Below, one piece after another: positions 57,655 through 64,000 of a stretch of DNA of 64,000 nt. Below the pieces are notes generated by a model that was not told the DNA's origin, did not search any database, and was given only the letters and a program-made list of their open reading frames with translations. The position numbers were made by a program, and so were the translations under genes. The first letter of the stretch is position 1; each line of letters begins with the position of its first letter. The stretch is from Camelus dromedarius (Eukaryota): NCBI RefSeq assembly GCF_036321535.1, contig NC_087454.1, forward strand, positions 21,762,001 through 21,826,000, read 5' to 3'.

Positions 57655-58584
57655 ACCATTTGGTGCCGGGATGTCTGCAGGGAAGTCCAAGCCCTGGGAA
57701 GCTCAGAGTGCCAGGGCCAAGGCCTGCAGGGCAGAGCAGGGCAGGCCCAGGGGCAGAGGGGAGCTCTTGTGCCAGGGAGAGCCCCTCAGCCTCCCTGGAT
57801 GTTCAGTGGGTGCATGGAAACCCCAGGCTCAGGGGAGGGAGCAGCAGTCCTCAGCGGGAACATTCAAAAAAAAAAAAAGGGTCCATACTCTGACTTCTGG
57901 CTGGGGAGGGGTCCCACAGCCTCCTGGAGGCTCAGCGTCCTCACATGGGCCCCCGAGGAACCCTCGTTGGGCCTGGAGGCTGAAGTAATGCGGGGCACCT
58001 GGCGTGAGCTAACAGGCCACTCTCTGGCCCCCTTGCCTCTGCCTCCAGGGTCTGAGAAGACAGGATGTGAGAAACCGACTGTGGGACTTGGGAACGCAGA
58101 ACCAGCCCATCTGAGCTGGAAGAGCTCCATGTTTGTGTACTGCTTCTGATGCTGAGTCCCCAGGGTCCTGGGGGTTCCACAAAGGTGTCCTGTGTGCCCA
58201 GCCAGCCTGGCAGCTGAGTGGGCTTCTGCTCAGGGCTGGTAGCAACCCAGTCTGGGTTTTGATCCCCAAAAAGCTCCTGAGTGGCACTGTTCCCTCCTGG
58301 CTACAAAAACCCCAAGGTCTTTTACCACACCTGGCTGGTTCATCACTGCACACCCAGGACCTGGCCTGTAGTTAGGTACTTAATATCTTTTGAATAAGGA
58401 AAGGGGCCTTATCAGATTTGTTTAGTTTTTCCGGGACTTTCCTGGTTTTACCACTGAAAGTCCTGCGTCCCAGGAACTCCCCCAGTCCCTGGTAACCCTA
58501 GGCCTGAACTCTACCCTTCCCCTGTTCCCCCAAACATATTTCAACCCCACGTATTGGCCTTTCAACACACAGTTAGTTTTAAGC

Positions 58585-58745
58585 ACTGGTTCTCAAACTT
58601 GGCCTTACACTGAAGTGCCCTGCAGGACCTGTAAAAGGGACTTTGGGACCCCACCCCCAGAGCTTCCAGTCCAGCAGGCCTGACGGGCCCATAACTTGAT
58701 TTTCTAACAAGTCCCCAGTGATGCTGATGCTGATCTGAAGGTTCT
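58585..58745 (+). mobile_element. MER5A
   Basis: cactggttctcaaacttggc...gaccccacccccagagcttc...ttttctaacaagtccccagtgatgctgatgctg. Confidence 0.75.
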
Positions 58746-60129
58746 GCCACTGGAACACTGACTCATCTGGCCCACTGGGCTGCACAGCAGATGCCTGTGG
58801 AAAATGCTCTTGGTCTGACACCCTAGATTTGCCTGATTACACTGGGGCACTGGGGAGGATCTATTCCAGGTGGCAGTCTAAGGGACTATCCTGCAAGAGC
58901 AAGATGATCCCCTCTCCTTCCCTTACACAAATATTTACTGAGCCTGTAGTAGGTGCTGCACACGCAGGCACACACGAGCCTTGGGGAGAGCAGACTCCTG
59001 AGCACGGGTGTGTGCGAGGCCAGCCCTCCCCCCAGGAGTAGATGGGCTTAACTCCACTTAGCAGAGGAGCACTAACACGTGGCGTGATTTACTGCCCCAG
59101 CCTCACCTCTACGCACACTTCCACACCTACTCCCTGCCTGCCCCCCACCCAGGTCCTCCCAGGCCCTTGCCCTCCGCACCCCACACCCTAGTCAGGCAGC
59201 AGAGGAGGTGGAAGGGGGTGCGGGTCCTGGGGGTGGGCAGGAAGGGGCAGGAGGGGCAGCACGGGCAGCCTGGGCTCCAGCTGCTGCCTGTGGCCTCATT
59301 GTGTCGCCGGCTCTATAATTTACCCCTGGCAGGGCCCAGCCCCTAAGCTGTCACGCTCCCTGCCTCTCAACCTGCCACAGAAGCACACAGCTGCCGTGAA
59401 CACACTCACACACTTGCCACCAGCCCAGGACGGGCATCATGACATGGGTGCCATGTGGACTCACACCCACTTGGGCATAAATGGACAAACGCTCACATAA
59501 GACAAACAAGTATGTATACAGAGGTGCAGGAGCACACACACACACACAGCCCAGTCCACGCACAGGGCTGGGGACACACACACCCATGCTGTGCACCTGG
59601 CCCACCTGGGCACACACCACACACTGATCTCCAGGAGTCACTCGTCATCTCAGCACCTGTGACCTGGAGACAGGAAAGGCAGGGGTGAGGCCTGTGGGTG
59701 CTGGGAGCCCTGGAAGGCAATTTCTCAAGAGGCAAGTGTCCTGGCTGGAAGGAGAGGAGGGGCCCAGGTTATGGGATGGCAGGGTGGGGTCCCAGATGTG
59801 ACAGATGTGAGCCAGAGGAGAGGCAGGGCAGAAGTGGTATCTTCCTTAGGGGCTGCAGGACAGAGGACAGGGACAGAGCATCCCCCTTACTTAGGGGACC
59901 CCCAGGGGTTGATTTCTGGAATCTCCCACAGTGCCCTGGCCCCTCCCTGCCCAAGGCCTGTCTAAGACCCCACTCGATGCTGGCCCAGGGAGCAGCCCTC
60001 ACCGCCCCCCAGCCCTAGATCTCTATCACCCAGTTCCTCATTCCCTCTAACACCAGGCCCTCCAGCTGTAGGTTGAGCCCATGGTCCACTGCAGGACCCT
60101 CAGTGGATATGGAGCCAGGGTGCAAAACC

Positions 60130-60277
60130 NNNNNNNNNNNNNNNNNNNNNNNNNNNNNNNNNNNNNNNNNNNNNNNNNNNNNNNNNNNNNNNNNNNNNNN
60201 NNNNNNNNNNNNNNNNNNNNNNNNNNNNNNNNNNNNNNNNNNNNNNNNNNNNNNNNNNNNNNNNNNNNNNNNNNNNN
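60130..60277. other. N-run, 148 nt, in unique sequence
   Basis: Directly visible. Confidence 0.99.
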
Positions 60278-60479
60278 GACGGGAGGGGGCAGGCGGGCAA
60301 GCTGCGGGCCGCGGGGACACACAGAGGCCACCAGGAGGACGCAGCACTTGGCAACACACTCGAGATCTGTTTTTGTTTTGGCTTTTAGGGGGTTTGATTT
60401 TTTTTTTCCTTTTTTCTCTTTTGTGGCATGGAAGATTTGGTGAATCAGGAAAAGACAGCAGGGAGAGAGAGCAACGGTG

Positions 60480-60740
60480 GACCTAAATGAAAGCGAGCAG
60501 AGGGCTGAGGATGGGAAATAAAAGTGCACAAGAGGAGAGACCGGGTGGAGGACCAGTGGAAAGACAACGGAGCGCTGGAGATGGAGACCGCGTGAGGAAG
60601 AAAAGGCAGAGGCAGAAAGAAGATAGAGACACAGAGAGAGAAAAGGTGCTTCGAGGAGAGAAGAGAAAATTAAGACAGGGATCGAGACAGACAGAGGTCA
60701 CCAATAGGACAGGCAGGGACACGGGACAGCACTGGGGCCC
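60480..60740. repeat. Purine-rich (GA/AG) low-complexity tract
   Basis: gaggcagaaagaagatagagacacagagagagaaaagg...gagacagacagagg. Confidence 0.6.
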
Positions 60741-62439
60741 CCACAACCTGAGCCCCTGTGGTTTGGGGCTGAGAGGGGCCTTGGTCCAAGACACAGGCTC
60801 TTGGGGTGGCCTGAAGTGGCCTCGGCCCCTCATCCACCTCCTGTCACCCACCCGGCTTGCCCAGGCTGCCCAGCAGTGACCGCCGGGGGCTCTGCTGTCC
60901 TCAGCACCAAGCCACATCCATGGGCGCCCACGGGCAGGGAGGACATCAGTGGGGCCCCTGGGCATGGCCCTAGCCCAATGCACCATCCACGAGGGTCTCC
61001 GTCCTCCTCCTCCTGTGCGGCTCCAGTGGCCTAGCTAGATTGCATGGTTGGTGTAGGTGACGTAGGTCTGTTTAGTGGCCAGAGCTGGAACGAGAGAGAC
61101 CAGGGGTACCAAGGAGTCAGGCCCTGGCTTCTTCCAACCCTCTTCCGCACAGGGATGGCCCTGCCCACAGCATCAAGTCCAGACTCCTGAACTGAGCATC
61201 CCCTAGACCGTGCGCCAGCCCAACCCAGTCTCCCAGCATACCCCGCCCGCTCCCACCCGTGCGTGCCTGGAGGGCCCTTCCCTCTTCACTTTGTCCTCCA
61301 GGTAGACCCCTCTGTGAGCACCTCCCCCCACCAGAGTCCCTGCTGCCTCCTGACTCCACCCCACTTTAAGAGAATCATTTTTATTTGGGATATAATTACA
61401 TAGCCTGAAAGTATCAAGGGAGAGTTTTTCAGAAGTTCAACACACACACTCTGGAAGAGAAGACTCGAAGAACAGACAAGACCAGCAGCCTAGGGGAGGT
61501 GCATGGGGAATGGAGACAGAGGAGATGAATAGTGGAACCAGAGAGGGGACCGGAGAGGCTAGGAACTGCTGTGTCTGACTGCCTCCACCTTCTCCCCAGG
61601 TCCAAGGGAAACAGAAGTCATCCAGGCCCCCCCAGCCCTCTGTGCAGCCACCCTTCCCATTTCTGGGTGTCCTGTCTTGCCTCAGCCTTGAGCCTCCCTT
61701 ACCTGCGCCTGTCCCTCTGGCCCATGCTCACCAGTGGCTGCATGTCTGGGTGTCTCCTGTTTCCTGACCCCAGCCTCCTTCCCCCACCCGCAGCCAGGTA
61801 ACAACATGAGCTTTCCTGAGCAGCAGGGGTGCCCCCCACCTCCAACCCACTGGGGTCTGCACCGCACAGCAGCCTAGGGAGGGGCCAAAGAAGCATCACC
61901 CCTGTTTGAAAAATGAGGAACTGAGGCCAGAGGGGTGAGGCACCAGCCAGGTCCTGGTTTTGTCCTGTCCTGACGAGGCAGAGGGTCTCCCTTGGTGGCC
62001 TGGAGCACCACCCCATGAGAGTAATCAAGGGTGGAACTGCTCCCTGGGGTGGGGCTGCTCTGCTGGTGTCAAGAGAGAAGACCAGATGGGAGAAAATCAC
62101 AGCATCTTTTGTCCTAAAACTGTCTTGACTCCGTCGGGATCCTGACAGCTCAGAAAAGGAGGTGCACCTGCCAGGCACCGCCAGGGGCATGTGACTGGAG
62201 AAGGACATTGAGGGGAGCAGCGCAGTGGGCTGCATGCTGACCACCCCTAACCCTCCTTCCCCGGTTTCCCCTGGGCTCGTGATCACCAAGGTTAAGGACC
62301 ACATTTCCCTGACTCCCTTGCAGCCCCGCGTGGCCCTGCATGACAACGTTCCTGCTGATGACGTGTGTCAAGGGCTGTGTGCGGCTCCCATGTTATTTGT
62401 TTACAAGATATTGTTTCCCCTGTACTTCCTCTTCTCCCC

Positions 62440-62660
62440 TCTGTGGGCAGAAAAGACACTAAAGTCAACCAGCCTCAGCCACGAGGACAGGACAACCCTC
62501 CAGGAGATGATGGAATGATAAAATGGAAGGAACTAGGGTCCCCGCTCCCACCTACCCACCGTGTACTACAATATCAGAGAGGAACAAACATTTGTCTGAT
62601 GCGAGCCGCTCTGTCCTGGGGCTTCTTTGTCACAGCAGCAGAACCAGAAGCCCACGAATA
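62440..62660 (+). mobile_element. MLT1-type LTR fragment
   Basis: gatggaatgataaaatggaaggaactagggtccc...gagaggaacaaacatttgtctg...ttgtcacagcagcagaacc. Confidence 0.55.
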
Positions 62661-64000
62661 CAGGCAGGACTACTGTGTCCCACTCTCGGGAAGTGGGGGG
62701 GACGTGGGGTCCCTTGAGTGTGGGAAGAAGCAAAGTTGCTGGGATGTAGGGTGAGCAAAGGGGACACCATGGGACCATGGGGGAGGCAGGAGAATCAGAG
62801 TGCAGCTGAGCTCAAGGAAGAACCTTCTCCAGGCCTGAGCTGAGGGCGGAGTGGGTGGCCTTATGCAGTAGGTGAGCTGAAATAGTCCCCGTCAGCAGAA
62901 ATGTTCAAGCAGAGGATGAACAATCACTGGGCTGGGCAGTGGCAGGGAAGTTTCAAGGTTCAGGTGCCACTCAGATGGATGCTACTGGAAGGAAATTGTG
63001 CCCATGACATCCAGGACAATATTAAGAAGAGCACACACCTTATGTAAAGAACTCCCACTTCATTTCTAAAATGGCCCATGTCCCTCCAGGATGTTGGTTG
63101 ACCAAGAGGGGAGAAGGACCATCCATGGGGTGGTTTTGATGGGACAGCATCCAGGAGGGGCCTGGGCTCGGGCGCACTTGGGAAGGAAGCTGAGCAACTG
63201 GAGGCTGGGCCCGGGGATGGCAGAAGGTGCTGAAAGGGAGGTGGATGGTGTGAGGGAGGACAGCTCTGCTGACAGGGGCCTCTACCTGCACCCCACCCCA
63301 CCCCACCCCCGCCCATGACCTCAGGCAGCTCCTTCCCTGCCCTGCCTGTGACACGACAGGAGTGGTCCTTTTTGCTTAGACTTCTTTCCCTGAGGGGCTT
63401 CCGCCACCCCTACATCTCTACCCCACACTCTCCCCCACCATCAGCAAAAGAGCCAGCAGCTGGCTCTGTGAATCACACACCTGCAGGCCAGGCTGGTGAG
63501 AATCAGTTCCCCAGGGCTCCATCACCCCTTGGGTGAACTGATAAAATTGAGTTTCCAAAGCTGTAAACCCGTCAGCAGCTCCCGGCTCAGAGGTGAAGGA
63601 AAACCTCTACAGGGGCAGCAGCAGCAAAATCTCCACTGACTGCAGGAAATGGGTGCCTGAGGGCAGCAGTGGGGGCACCGAGAGCGGGTGGGGGATGAGA
63701 GAGTGGCAGGGAGGTGAGGGACAGCTGGGTCCCTATTCTCCCTCTAAGACCAGAGCTGCCTCCTCTAGAAAATCCAGTCTGTGGGTTTCAGAACCTGGAA
63801 TCACATTCGGCCCTCAGCTGTAAGCCAGGGGCCCCAGAGTCCTTTAGTGGCGCCTCAGTCTGACCATCTGGAAAATGGGAGCAGTGAGGCTGACCCCAGG
63901 AGTTAACTGTGAGTTCTGGCCAAGACTCTGGACACTTGCAGTCCGGTCCTGCCCTCACCAGTTTAGGGGATCTCAGCACCTGCCAGGTGGCCTTTCTAAC

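Noticed and set aside
57268-58149. Longest ORF in the track (293 aa)
   Set aside because: Length depends on reading through 172 Ns; the visible peptide is low-complexity GC-rich noise with no recognisable domain
61699-62346. 215-aa minus-strand ORF
   Set aside because: Starts at a non-ATG codon, crosses a MIR fragment and shows no recognisable homology
1-64000. CRISPR arrays, rRNA, prokaryotic operons or defence systems
   Set aside because: The sequence is clearly mammalian; no regularly spaced repeat-spacer array or rRNA motif seen

Overview
Mammalian genomic DNA, very likely camelid (alpaca, llama or camel), because three copies of the camelid tRNA-derived Vic-1-type SINE are present. I could not recognise any protein-coding gene, tRNA, rRNA or known miRNA. 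The window reads as intergenic or deep-intronic, GC-moderate, MIR/L2-rich sequence. It contains a degenerate but colinear ERVL provirus (LTR-PBS-gag-pro-pol, about 0.9-4.9 kb), many L1/L2/MIR/MLT1 fragments, DNA transposons (MER58, MER53, Charlie1a, MER44/Tigger7, MER20, MER5A), a CR1/L3 relic and an ERV1-type solo LTR. TE-free islands between them carry clustered transcription-factor motifs (POU octamers, FOX, ONECUT/CUX, homeodomain, CTCF), consistent with an enhancer-rich region. Six N-runs of 131-172 nt look like base-for-base masking rather than assembly gaps. Two of them lie in unique sequence (57.5 and 60.1 kb) and may hide the most conserved elements of the window. A possible unannotated minus-strand transcript 3' end lies at about 13.6-14.7 kb. 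I found no convincing novel biological system. Repeat family names come from recalled consensus sequences, and boundaries are approximate unless a TSD is quoted.
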